Shown: positions 1 to 8,260 of the stretch, piece after piece
How the letters are laid out: each line of letters begins with the position of its first letter
Position numbering within the stretch: position 1 is the first letter of the stretch
DNA from: Rhodothermia bacterium
GTDB taxonomy: Bacteria > Bacteroidota > Rhodothermia > Rhodothermales > JABDKH01
Assembly (NCBI GenBank): GCA_018679295.1
Contig: JAHHLP010000450.1
Span: 1 to 37,528, forward strand
DNA length: 37,528 bases
Reading direction: 5' to 3'
The notes under the pieces: generated by a model
What the model saw: the letters and a program-made list of their open reading frames with translations, nothing else
What the model was told of the DNA's origin: nothing
The model's database searches: none
Position numbers and translations under genes: made by a program

Positions 1-1
1 C

Positions 2-817
2 TTCAGCGGCTTGCAGTTGAAGGTGCAGGACGAACCGCTGGAACTGAACCTTGATGAGGAGACTGGTACGGGTTGGGCCACCGGCGGCGAAGGGGTCGGC
101 TTTGAGGTGGGGGTTGCAACGTCAGGACCCGGACGAATCGCGCAACCCGCGGACTACGAGATCACTTTCTCCGGAAGTCCTCAGACGACGTCGATTGTTA
201 GCAACCTTGAGCTGCCCTTCACGGTCGTCAACTTGACGCGGGCAAACGAACAGATTGACGTGTTCGTGCCGGACATCAACGGAAACGGAGAATGGGACCT
301 GGAGGAACAAGTCATCTTCGTAGAGATGCTCGAGAGTGGTCAGACGGCTACCTGGCAGGTCAAATTTCTCGATGAGGGCGGCACACCGGCGGATGGTGAC
401 GTCTTCTTCGTAAAAACCAACAAGCCGTTCACGGGGGAAGACTCGTTTGTCTTCCAGACCGTTTCGGCGGGTGTGGACCAGAATGCTGCGGCCGATCAAC
501 TATCGAATATCTATGTGGTCCCGAATCCATACATCGCGACAAATGTGCTTGAGCCGAGAAATCCGGTTTCGAGAACGGAACGCGGCGATCGGCGCCTGTA
601 CTTCGCCAATCTGCCGCAGCAGTGCACCATCCGGATTTACACCCTGGCGGGCGAACTCGTCGACACAATCGAGCACAGCGGCGGGCTCGATAATGGGAAG
701 GCCTTCTGGGACCTTCGGACGAAGGACAACATGAACATCGCCTACGGTCTCTACATCTACCACGTGGATGCTGGGGACCAGGGATCATTCATCGGCAAGT
801 TTGCCATCATCAAGTAG
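2..817 (+). CDS. T9SS C-terminal sorting domain-containing protein, 5' end truncated by window edge
   Basis: The ORF is open to the window edge in the frame of position 2. The 'M' at 11 in the ORF track is an internal TTG. The last ~95 aa (VVPNPY..LYFANLP..CTIRIYTLAGELV..GLYIYHV..GKFAIIK) resemble a T9SS/FlgD-Ig-like CTD. It lies directly upstream of the PorV-like gene, which is the position PorU occupies, but no peptidase domain is visible in the window. Confidence 0.6.
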   Translation, partial: FSGLQLKVQDEPLELNLDEETGTGWATGGEGVGFEVGVATSGPGRIAQPADYEITFSGSPQTTSIVSNLELPFTVVNLTRANEQIDVFVPDINGNGEWDLEEQVIFVEMLESGQTATWQVKFLDEGGTPADGDVFFVKTNKPFTGEDSFVFQTVSAGVDQNAAADQLSNIYVVPNPYIATNVLEPRNPVSRTERGDRRLYFANLPQQCTIRIYTLAGELVDTIEHSGGLDNGKAFWDLRTKDNMNIAYGLYIYHVDAGDQGSFIGKFAIIK

Positions 818-854
818 GCGCGGGCGCTTAACCACTCGCAAGAATCTCAAGATC

Positions 855-1907
855 ATGAAAGCGGGAAAACTCCTTGTACTGTTTACGAGTCTGGCGCTGG
901 TTGCCGGATCGGCGTCCGCACAGTCGAATGAGCCGAATACGGACACTGTAACCAAGGTCGGGACAACATCCGCCCAGTTCCTGAAGATCGGAGTTGGGGC
1001 ACGGGCTGTTTCGCTCGGTGGTGCGTATGTGGCCGAAGCAACAGACCTGTCGGCGCTTTACTGGAATCCGGCTGGGTTGTCCAAGCTTCGCGGCGCTGCC
1101 GTGCAGTTCGCGTACACCGATTATCTGGCGGACATCAGCTACAACTTCGCGGCCTTCGGCACGAACTTGGGCACGATGGGCACCCTCGCCGCCTCCATTA
1201 TATATCTGGACTCCGGGGAGATGACGGTGCGTACAACCGATCGCCCGGACCCGAGCGCTGACGAAGCAGAGCGTTTCTCAGTACAGGACCTGGCGCTGCA
1301 GGTGTCCTACGGGCGCGCGCTCACGGACCGGTTCTCGATCGGAACCACGGTCAAGTACATCCGCGAGAAGATCTACAACAGCTCAGCGTCTACCATGGCG
1401 TTCGACGTCGGACTCGTGTTTACGACCCCCTTCGAGTCGCTGCGACTAGGCGCGAGCATGGCCAACTTCGGCCCCAAGATGCAGATGAGTGGAAGAGACG
1501 TTCTCTTTTCCTCGGACCCCGACCCGAATTCTTCCGGTAACGTGGACGTGGTCAATTCCGAGTTCCGAACTGACGAGTTTTCCTTGCCGCTGCTTTTCAG
1601 GCTGGGATTGGCATGGGATGCGGTGAATACCGCCAATCACCGCATCGTCCTGTTGACGGACGCAGCGCACCCGAACGATAACAGCGAGTACCTAAATCTC
1701 GGCGGAGAGTACAGCTTCCGCGATCTGGTCTTCCTCCGCGCGGGTGTTCGTAACCTGTTCGAGGAAGACGGCGAGCAAGGTGTCACATTCGGAGGAGGCC
1801 TCAACGTTCGCATCGACCGGTCCCTGCGAATGCGAGTGGATTACGCATATGCAGATTTTGGACGTTTAGAACAGACGCACTGGTTTACCGTCGACCTGTC
1901 CTTCTGA
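855..1907 (+). CDS. PorV/PorQ-family (UPF0164) T9SS-associated outer-membrane beta-barrel protein
   Basis: ATG at 855 gives the signal peptide MKAGKLLVLFTSLALVAGSASAQ (the ORF track starts upstream at 768). The motif TSAQFLKIGVGARAVSLGGAYVAEATDLSALYWNPAGL is typical of the PorV/PorQ family. The C-terminal strand HWFTVDLSF ends in an aromatic residue, as in OM barrels. Confidence 0.7.
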   Translation: MKAGKLLVLFTSLALVAGSASAQSNEPNTDTVTKVGTTSAQFLKIGVGARAVSLGGAYVAEATDLSALYWNPAGLSKLRGAAVQFAYTDYLADISYNFAAFGTNLGTMGTLAASIIYLDSGEMTVRTTDRPDPSADEAERFSVQDLALQVSYGRALTDRFSIGTTVKYIREKIYNSSASTMAFDVGLVFTTPFESLRLGASMANFGPKMQMSGRDVLFSSDPDPNSSGNVDVVNSEFRTDEFSLPLLFRLGLAWDAVNTANHRIVLLTDAAHPNDNSEYLNLGGEYSFRDLVFLRAGVRNLFEEDGEQGVTFGGGLNVRIDRSLRMRVDYAYADFGRLEQTHWFTVDLSF

Positions 1908-1908
1908 T

Positions 1909-3309
1909 TTGAACCTTCGCGCTCTCGCCGCTCGATTCTGCCCCTCCCCAGTCGCCTGCTTTGGGTTGTCGGCCGTCCTATCGCTATCGGCCGTCCTAAC
2001 GCCATCGGCTCGAGCGCAGATTCTGGATGACATGACGGACGCACGCGTCCGCATGGGGCCCTCCTTGATTCTCGATCTAGGCAAACGGGATCGATACCAG
2101 GCATCCTCAGAGGACCTTTCACTCGAGTACACTGGTGTCGTGTTCAGCGGGAGGACGGATGCCGGGTTGGTCGAAGCCTGGGTGCGATTCCGGCTGGGGC
2201 AATCGTGGACGGAGTGGGAGGCGATGTACATTGTCCGATCCACCGTCGACGAGACGGTGATGGGCGGCTTTCGGGGTGCCGAGGTGCGATCGGCGCCCTT
2301 CGAGATGCGGTTCGAGGTGGACAGCGACCGTCGCTTCGAGCTGCTCGCCGCCGGAGTTTTCGATTCCCGGAAGGATGTTGGTGCGGATCCACAGCATCGC
2401 GTGTCTCCTTCCCCGCCGCGGGCCAGGAAGGAGCAATTTCTGACGCCGGATCTGATCACACGTGAAGAGTGGAACGCCGATCCATTTATCGGGCAGCCGT
2501 CGCCGCTAGCGAATCCAGCATACGAACACATGACGTTTCACCACGCGGCGGGCTTTCGTGCCACCACGCGTGCAGAAGGATTGGCACAGGTCAAGGCCAT
2601 TCAGGATCTGCATCAGAATGTCCGCGGATGGAGTGACATCGGATACCAGTTTGTGATCGATCGTGGTGGGCGGCTTTATCAGGGCCGACCGTTCCTCGAT
2701 AGCAGCACGACTCTGGAGGAGATCCCGCGACTTGCGCTTGGGGCACATGTTGGCGGCGCAAATACCGGCAACATCGGCATCTGTCTCCTGGGCTGCTACC
2801 ATCCGGCTGCCGGATCGTCATGCACGGACGAAATCACGACCGCGGCGTACGACACTTACGTAGAGACCTTTGCCTTCCTTAGCGAGAACTATGGTGTCGA
2901 CCCGGGGCAAATTCGGGGACACCGGGACTTCAGCGCTACAGCGTGTCCGGGCGATAACAACTATAGGCTCCTGCCGAACCTGATCGCGGACGTGGAAGCC
3001 TTTATACCCGACGAAACTCCTACCCCCGACCGACTGACGCTTGCGCAGAGCTACCCGAATCCCGTTGCCGGGGAGACCACGATTCGGTACTACCTGGTTG
3101 AAGACGGGGTCGCTACTCTAAAGGTCTATGATGCGGTTGGGAGGGAAGTCGCCATTGTGGTGGACGAGTTTCAGACGGCGGAATCGTGGTATGGGGTCGA
3201 TTTCAACGCCGGCTCGCTGTCCGCCGGTATGTATTTCTACCGCATTGAGGTTGCGGGCGTTGGCAACCGCACTTCCAGCCGGTCCGGCACCATGACAGTA
3301 GTACGCTAG
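1909..3309 (+). CDS. N-acetylmuramoyl-L-alanine amidase (Amidase_2/PGRP fold) with T9SS C-terminal sorting domain
   Basis: TTG start 1 nt after the PorV-like stop, followed by a signal-like N-terminus ending ..PSARAQ. Amidase_2/PGRP motifs are HMTFHHAAG, GWSDIGYQFVIDRGGRLYQGRP, GAHVGGANTGNIGICLLG and IRGHRDFSATACPGDN. The C-terminal segment YPNPVAGETTIRYYL..LKVYDAVGREV..GMYFYRIEV is a type-A T9SS CTD. Confidence 0.8.
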   Translation: MNLRALAARFCPSPVACFGLSAVLSLSAVLTPSARAQILDDMTDARVRMGPSLILDLGKRDRYQASSEDLSLEYTGVVFSGRTDAGLVEAWVRFRLGQSWTEWEAMYIVRSTVDETVMGGFRGAEVRSAPFEMRFEVDSDRRFELLAAGVFDSRKDVGADPQHRVSPSPPRARKEQFLTPDLITREEWNADPFIGQPSPLANPAYEHMTFHHAAGFRATTRAEGLAQVKAIQDLHQNVRGWSDIGYQFVIDRGGRLYQGRPFLDSSTTLEEIPRLALGAHVGGANTGNIGICLLGCYHPAAGSSCTDEITTAAYDTYVETFAFLSENYGVDPGQIRGHRDFSATACPGDNNYRLLPNLIADVEAFIPDETPTPDRLTLAQSYPNPVAGETTIRYYLVEDGVATLKVYDAVGREVAIVVDEFQTAESWYGVDFNAGSLSAGMYFYRIEVAGVGNRTSSRSGTMTVVR

Positions 3310-3350
3310 GCAGGCTGCCGCCCTTCATGATCTCGTGAAGCCGGTCCCGA

Positions 3351-3959
3351 CTACATCGACGCGGCCCGATCTTCGTCGGAAGATTTGCGAGATGTCCGAT
3401 AGGCGATTCCCTTGACGACGATCGCGCCGATGAGGAGTGCGAAGATCAATGCGTAGCCGTAGCCGGCAGTCACTCGAAATCCGTAGGCCTGCGTGAACAC
3501 AATCCATACGTAGAAGAGGCCGACCGTGATAAGCCGGTGATCCGGATGGTGGTCGCCGCGGATCATATAGGCGCCTGCGATTCCGAAGATTGCAGCGTAG
3601 GCGAGTCCACCCCCCACGATAGTCAAAAGCTCGAGCTGGTCGAGGAAAGGGCTTGGGAACCAGATTCCGAGCGCAACGAGGGTGAAAAGGTGGTACAGAT
3701 GGGAGGCAGCGAACCCGACGAAATATGCCTCGCGGTTCGGCGGCGGCCTTCGAATCGGTCTCGAAGTAATGATCGAATGCGCATCGTCCCACGCATAAGC
3801 GATGAGAAAGAGAAAAACTGACAGGCGGGCCGTGATGCGCACGAGGTACCGCATGCTCTCTTCATTCCACCCGCGCCCACCGATTGCGGAGACTACGAGC
3901 AACAGGACCGCAATCGTAACAAGGCTGACAGCGGTGATGCGTGCATCAGGCTTCTTCAT
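3351..3959 (-). CDS. Hypothetical polytopic membrane protein (about 6 predicted TM helices)
   Basis: 202-aa ORF with repeated hydrophobic helices (VSLVTIAVLLLVV, LSVFLFLIAYAW, LYHLFTLVALGIWF, IVGGGLAYAAIFGIAGAY, VGLFYVWIVFTQAY, YALIFALLIGAIVV). I recognised no family motif. Confidence 0.5.
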   Translation of the reverse strand: MKKPDARITAVSLVTIAVLLLVVSAIGGRGWNEESMRYLVRITARLSVFLFLIAYAWDDAHSIITSRPIRRPPPNREAYFVGFAASHLYHLFTLVALGIWFPSPFLDQLELLTIVGGGLAYAAIFGIAGAYMIRGDHHPDHRLITVGLFYVWIVFTQAYGFRVTAGYGYALIFALLIGAIVVKGIAYRTSRKSSDEDRAASM

Positions 3960-4126
3960 ACCTGGAAACCAGTCAGGCCCTCTCGAAAACGATTCGCCGG
4001 CGACGGGTCTATTTACGTGCTGGATACCCTATCGTGCAACAACCGCAAAAGGCGTCGAAGCGCTAACTTGGACGATCGGTTGTTCAACGCGCGGCGCTTC
4101 ATGCCAAACGCCTTGCCCAAACGGCC

Positions 4127-4426
4127 ATGTACAAAGCCACCTTCAAATTCCGGATTCACACCAGGGACGATCAATTCGACCTGTTTAACGAGGCAATTGA
4201 CGCGGCGGCCCGCCGAAACCCCGGATTCGTCCGCAAGGAGTCCTGGGTGGGCTCCGATGGTGACGATCGGGCCGTGGTCTACTACTGGGATTCGCTGGAC
4301 GCACTCGAAAGGTTTTCGTCCGATCCGGTACACATGGAGGCCAAACGAAGGTATCGTGAATGGTACGACGGATACGCGGTGGAGGTGGCAGAGATTATTC
4401 GGGAGAGCGGCGACGGAAGGTTGTGA
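4127..4426 (+). CDS. Antibiotic-biosynthesis-monooxygenase (ABM, dimeric alpha-beta barrel) domain protein
   Basis: 99 aa. The pattern ..FVRKESW...DRAVVYYWDSLDALERFSSDPVHMEAKR.. is typical of ABM-fold proteins of ~100 aa. Confidence 0.6.
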   Translation: MYKATFKFRIHTRDDQFDLFNEAIDAAARRNPGFVRKESWVGSDGDDRAVVYYWDSLDALERFSSDPVHMEAKRRYREWYDGYAVEVAEIIRESGDGRL

Positions 4427-4503
4427 TCGAGATCTGGTTGCAACGAGGGTTGCCTTGCCCCGTATTTTGGAGATTGAGAAGCACCCCCTCCTAAACCCAA
4501 TAG

Positions 4504-5157
4504 ATGGCCGCCTATCTAGACATAGCCGCGTGGCCGAGAAGAAAGCACTACGATCTCTTCAGGAGCTACGAACGTCCGTTCTTCAACATCTGCGCGAATG
4601 TGGATGTGACCGCCCTGAAGAGCGCCGTTAAAGCGAATGACAAGTCTTTCTTCTTGTCCTGTCTATACCTCTCTACAGCTGCTGCCAATCGCGTCGAGCC
4701 GTTTCGTTATCGGCTCAGGGAAGATGGCGTCCTGATACATGACGTTGTCCACCCCGGATCGACGGTTCTTATGCCCGATGACACGTTTGGCTTTGCATAC
4801 TTCGAGTTTGACGATCGGTTTGACGTCTTTCATTCCATGGCTGAGGCAGAGCTAGATGCTATTCGCTCCTTCCGAAAAAGCGCGTTCGACCTCCGTGATG
4901 ATCGGGATGACTTAATACACTATTCGGTGATCCCGTGGATTTCGTTTACCAGCTTTGCGCATGCCCGGCGATTGATCGAACTAGACTCGACTCCCAAGAT
5001 TGTACTCGGGAAATACTACCTCGAGAATAGTCGCCTGATGATGCCGGTGTCTGTTGAGGTGCACCACGCTTTGGTCGACGGGCTGCACGTGGGTCAATAC
5101 TTTGATCAACTACAGCAAGGCATGGCGGAGGCTGCCAAGCTGCTTATTGCAAAGTGA
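4504..5157 (+). CDS. cat: Type-A chloramphenicol O-acetyltransferase family protein
   Basis: 217 aa. N-terminal W.RR.HYDLF..Y..PFFNI, then SVIPWISFTSFAHA and the catalytic-site-like motif VEVHHALVDGLHVGQYF (compare HHAVCDGFH in classical CATs). Confidence 0.8.
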   Translation: MAAYLDIAAWPRRKHYDLFRSYERPFFNICANVDVTALKSAVKANDKSFFLSCLYLSTAAANRVEPFRYRLREDGVLIHDVVHPGSTVLMPDDTFGFAYFEFDDRFDVFHSMAEAELDAIRSFRKSAFDLRDDRDDLIHYSVIPWISFTSFAHARRLIELDSTPKIVLGKYYLENSRLMMPVSVEVHHALVDGLHVGQYFDQLQQGMAEAAKLLIAK

Positions 5158-5305
5158 CGCCTTGATGCAGGCAGACACAAGTGGCCGATCGCCTCTCGAT
5201 ATGCCAATACACACCGACGGGTGTGCGGATTTACCCGTCTATCGGCTGGGCTCTTAGTCCCACTGAGTTGCCTTGAAAGGTCCATCGGCTTGTTGGTAGA
5301 ATGTC

Positions 5306-6625
5306 GTGCTCACTGGTAGACAGGCGGGTTCCCCGTTCACGCTCTTGACTTCAGGACAAAACAGCATTGCAGGCAATTTGCGCAGGCGTCTTAGGCGTCT
5401 GCTGCTTGCGGCGTCGGCTCTTTCAGTGGGTGGGCTGACCGGTGCCGGACTTGTCCCGGCGGCGGCACAAGGTACGTGGGTAGAGTTTCCCGACATGCCC
5501 AGCGCCCGCGCAGAAATTCCGCATGCCGTGCTCGATGGTCAGATCTATGTACCGGGCGGGTTCGAAAACCGCGGGGCTACCTCGACAGTCGAGGTGTACG
5601 ATACTGTGACTCGGTCATGGAGTCGCATTGCCGACCTGCCGGTTCGAATGCACCACTTGCATATGGTGGCCCATCAGGAGACCATCTTTGTTCTAGGTGG
5701 CTATGAGGGTAACTCCTTCTCCGCATCAAGCCGCGTCCTTGAGTACGATGCAGCAGGAAAACGATGGATTGAGCGCGCGCGGATGCCCACCGCTCGCGGT
5801 GCAGGTGCGGCCGTACAGCTCGACGGAAGGCTCTACGTACTGGGAGGTGCCGCTTTTGGATCGGCGATGTCTACCGTCGAAAGCTACGATCCTTCCACTG
5901 ACACGTGGCAACAGCACGCCCCGATGTCGGCGCGCCGCGAGCACCTCGCTGCGGCGGTCATCGGCGGAAAGATCTATGCTGTTGGCGGAAGGGTTCAGTC
6001 GTCTCTTGGAACTGCTAATTCGGCCGTCCTGGAAGCGTACGCCCCCGACTCAGATTCCTGGACGCGCCTCGCGCCGATGCCGACCAGGCGGGGAGGATTG
6101 GCTGCCGCCGCACTGAAGGGCAAGCTGTACACATTCGGAGGTGAGATACCCGGCACGTTTGACGAGACAGAGGCCTATGACCCGGCCACAGATTCGTGGC
6201 AGACGATGACTCCGATGTCGGTTGCTCGCCACGGAATCGGTGCATCAGCGGTGGGCGATACAATCTATGTGATTGCGGGTGCGCCGGTCGTGGGTTTCAG
6301 CACGACGAACGTAAACACAGGATTTATCCCGCCCGCCTCCACGGCAACAAATCCGTCTGATACCGAGCCCGAGGTTCACTCCCTGAAGATATTTCCGAAT
6401 CCGTCGTCCGGACTCCTTGTTGTGGAAACGAGGTCTGGCCAACCGGTTCGCGGGCGGCTTGAAGTGTACGATATTCTCGGACGGCGGGTCGTCGACCAAA
6501 ACGTCATCTCAACCAAGCATCTTAGGCGCACGCTGGACCTTTCCGCACTGCCTGCGGGCACTTATATCGTTACGTTGCGAACCGGTGCCGCGTGGCAGAG
6601 TCGCGCCTTTCAACTGTCTAACTGA
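5306..6625 (+). CDS. Kelch-repeat beta-propeller protein with T9SS C-terminal sorting domain
   Basis: GTG start (position uncertain). The signal-like segment RRRLRRLLLAASALSVGGLTGAGLVPAAAQG is followed by about six repeats of the type G.IYV.GG....S.VE.YDP..D.W....MP..R. The C-terminal segment FPNPSSGLLVV..LEVYDILGRRV..GTYIVTLR is a T9SS CTD. Confidence 0.8.
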   Translation: MLTGRQAGSPFTLLTSGQNSIAGNLRRRLRRLLLAASALSVGGLTGAGLVPAAAQGTWVEFPDMPSARAEIPHAVLDGQIYVPGGFENRGATSTVEVYDTVTRSWSRIADLPVRMHHLHMVAHQETIFVLGGYEGNSFSASSRVLEYDAAGKRWIERARMPTARGAGAAVQLDGRLYVLGGAAFGSAMSTVESYDPSTDTWQQHAPMSARREHLAAAVIGGKIYAVGGRVQSSLGTANSAVLEAYAPDSDSWTRLAPMPTRRGGLAAAALKGKLYTFGGEIPGTFDETEAYDPATDSWQTMTPMSVARHGIGASAVGDTIYVIAGAPVVGFSTTNVNTGFIPPASTATNPSDTEPEVHSLKIFPNPSSGLLVVETRSGQPVRGRLEVYDILGRRVVDQNVISTKHLRRTLDLSALPAGTYIVTLRTGAAWQSRAFQLSN

Positions 6626-6799
6626 CCAGTCGGCAAGCGAGATCGTCACATTTGTGAATCCGGAAGCGCCGGTTTGACATTGGGCCAATCCATAAGTACC
6701 CTTCTGTTGTGGCCGGCGCTTCACCCCAAAAGGGTTGCAATTACATAATTGCACCGAGACGCAAAAACAGCGTCCGCCGCATGATGCCAATTGGCTCGA

Positions 6800-6836
6800 G
6801 GCCTGGTGCCGGATTGGGGCGCCAGGCCTTTGCTTT
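6800..6836 (+). terminator. Intrinsic-terminator-like hairpin
   Basis: GGCCTGGTGCC (6800-6810), loop GGATTGG, GGCGCCAGGCC (6818-6828). This gives an 11-bp stem with one G-U pair, followed by TTTGCTTT. It lies ~175 nt downstream of the Kelch gene stop. Confidence 0.5.
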
Positions 6837-6974
6837 AGTCCAAAAACCGCACTGTCAGCAGGCGGTAACCCCTTCCACGCGTTCAGCTTAAATACGCTTC
6901 TCGGTTGGCCGATATAAGGATCGAGTTCGCATCCCATCTGTGTGAGCTATCGACAATCGGAATCGGATAAATTG

Positions 6975-7202
6975 ATGAATCGGGAAGCAACTAAGAAAGA
7001 GCTAATCGACAGGATTGAAGCCCTGGTTGAAGAGTCGTGCACATTGGTTCGCACGAAAGAAAGCTGGACGCGCCACGTCGAAATCCAGGCTGAAATCATG
7101 CAGTTGTGCCGCCGCGCCGCTGATCTGTTTCACGGTGCGGACGATGTTCCTTATTGGGATACCGATTCCAACGAGAAGACCCGCGAGACGCGGGCTGCGT
7201 AG
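6975..7202 (+). CDS. Hypothetical small protein (75 aa from ATG 6975; ORF track starts at GTG 6942)
   Basis: Only the open frame and a charged, helical-looking sequence (KKELIDRIEALVEES...) support it. No recognisable motif. Confidence 0.3.
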   Translation: MNREATKKELIDRIEALVEESCTLVRTKESWTRHVEIQAEIMQLCRRAADLFHGADDVPYWDTDSNEKTRETRAA

Positions 7203-7384
7203 CGTCAATGGCGTAAGCGCCGATTCCCGAGCTCTGGCCTAGCGCTGTAAAAAAAGCGCAGCATTCAAGAAGAGAAGGCCGCGGGCACGAGTCCGCGAAA
7301 ACCACACCCGCCCCCGCTTGTCTGGGTGACCCCGTCCCGGTTAAATTGCCCGCGCGCTATTCGACGGACCCCACCCCCTGACGA

Positions 7385-8140
7385 TTGGACTGGCTAGCCG
7401 ACCCCGAAGCCCTGATCGCACTCGCCACGCTTACCGCGTTGGAGATCGTTCTCGGCATCGACAACATCATCTTTATCTCGATACTGTCGGCCAAACTTCC
7501 GGCCGAGCAGCAAGAGCGCGCGAGGGTAATAGGTCTCGGACTGGCCCTCTTCGGGCGCGTCGCATTGTTGTTGTCGCTCACCTGGATCATGCGTCTTACC
7601 GAGCCACTGTTCACGGTCATCGGGTATGAGCTTTCCGGTCGCGACTTGATACTTATCGGAGGAGGCCTCTTTCTGCTGGCCAAGGCCACGCACGAAATCC
7701 ATTCGAAGCTCGAGGAGGTCGAGGAGCATGAGAAAGGAGGTGTGGCAAGGGCGACGTTCGGCAACGTGATCTTCCAGATTCTGCTTCTGGACCTCGTCTT
7801 CTCGCTGGATTCCGTGATTACCGCCGTCGGTATGGCGGAGCAGCTTTGGGTGATGATCACCGCAGTCGTGATAGCCATCATTATCATGATGGTCTCAGCC
7901 CGCGCGATATCCGAGTTCATCGAGAAGCGGCCCACGGTCAAGATGCTCGCGCTGTCGTTCCTGCTCATGGTCGGCGTGGCGTTGATGGCCGAAGGGCTGG
8001 ACTTCCACATCCCGCGGGGCTACATCTACTTTGCGATGACCTTCTCGGTGTTCGTAGAAATGCTGAATCTCAAGCTGCGTTCGAAAGAGGCAAAACCGAT
8101 CAAGCTCGGACAGCAGCTGCCGCCGGGTATTCGGGAGTAG
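7385..8140 (+). CDS. TerC-family integral membrane protein
   Basis: A TTG start gives the N-terminus MDWLADPEALIALATLTALEIVLGIDNIIFISIL, which is characteristic of the TerC family. A second repeat, LLLDLVFSLDSVITAVG, is also present. Confidence 0.85.
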   Translation: MDWLADPEALIALATLTALEIVLGIDNIIFISILSAKLPAEQQERARVIGLGLALFGRVALLLSLTWIMRLTEPLFTVIGYELSGRDLILIGGGLFLLAKATHEIHSKLEEVEEHEKGGVARATFGNVIFQILLLDLVFSLDSVITAVGMAEQLWVMITAVVIAIIIMMVSARAISEFIEKRPTVKMLALSFLLMVGVALMAEGLDFHIPRGYIYFAMTFSVFVEMLNLKLRSKEAKPIKLGQQLPPGIRE

Positions 8141-8260
8141 AAGGCTGTTCATGAGAGGGCTGGGGCTGTCGCGATGCGTGCCGGTCAAGATGCGTTGCGT
8201 TCGTCAGTGCGCGTTCCGGCTTGGGTGCTAGCGCCGAACACCCAGCAGCTCCGGCAGGAT

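Noticed and set aside
7203-7384. Possible yybP-ykoY (Mn2+) riboswitch upstream of the TerC-family gene, a frequent association.
   Set aside because: I could not find the conserved GGGGAGUAG or UUGACA...AGACC-type core elements on the plus strand of this 180-nt leader. Only a covariance-model scan could overturn this.
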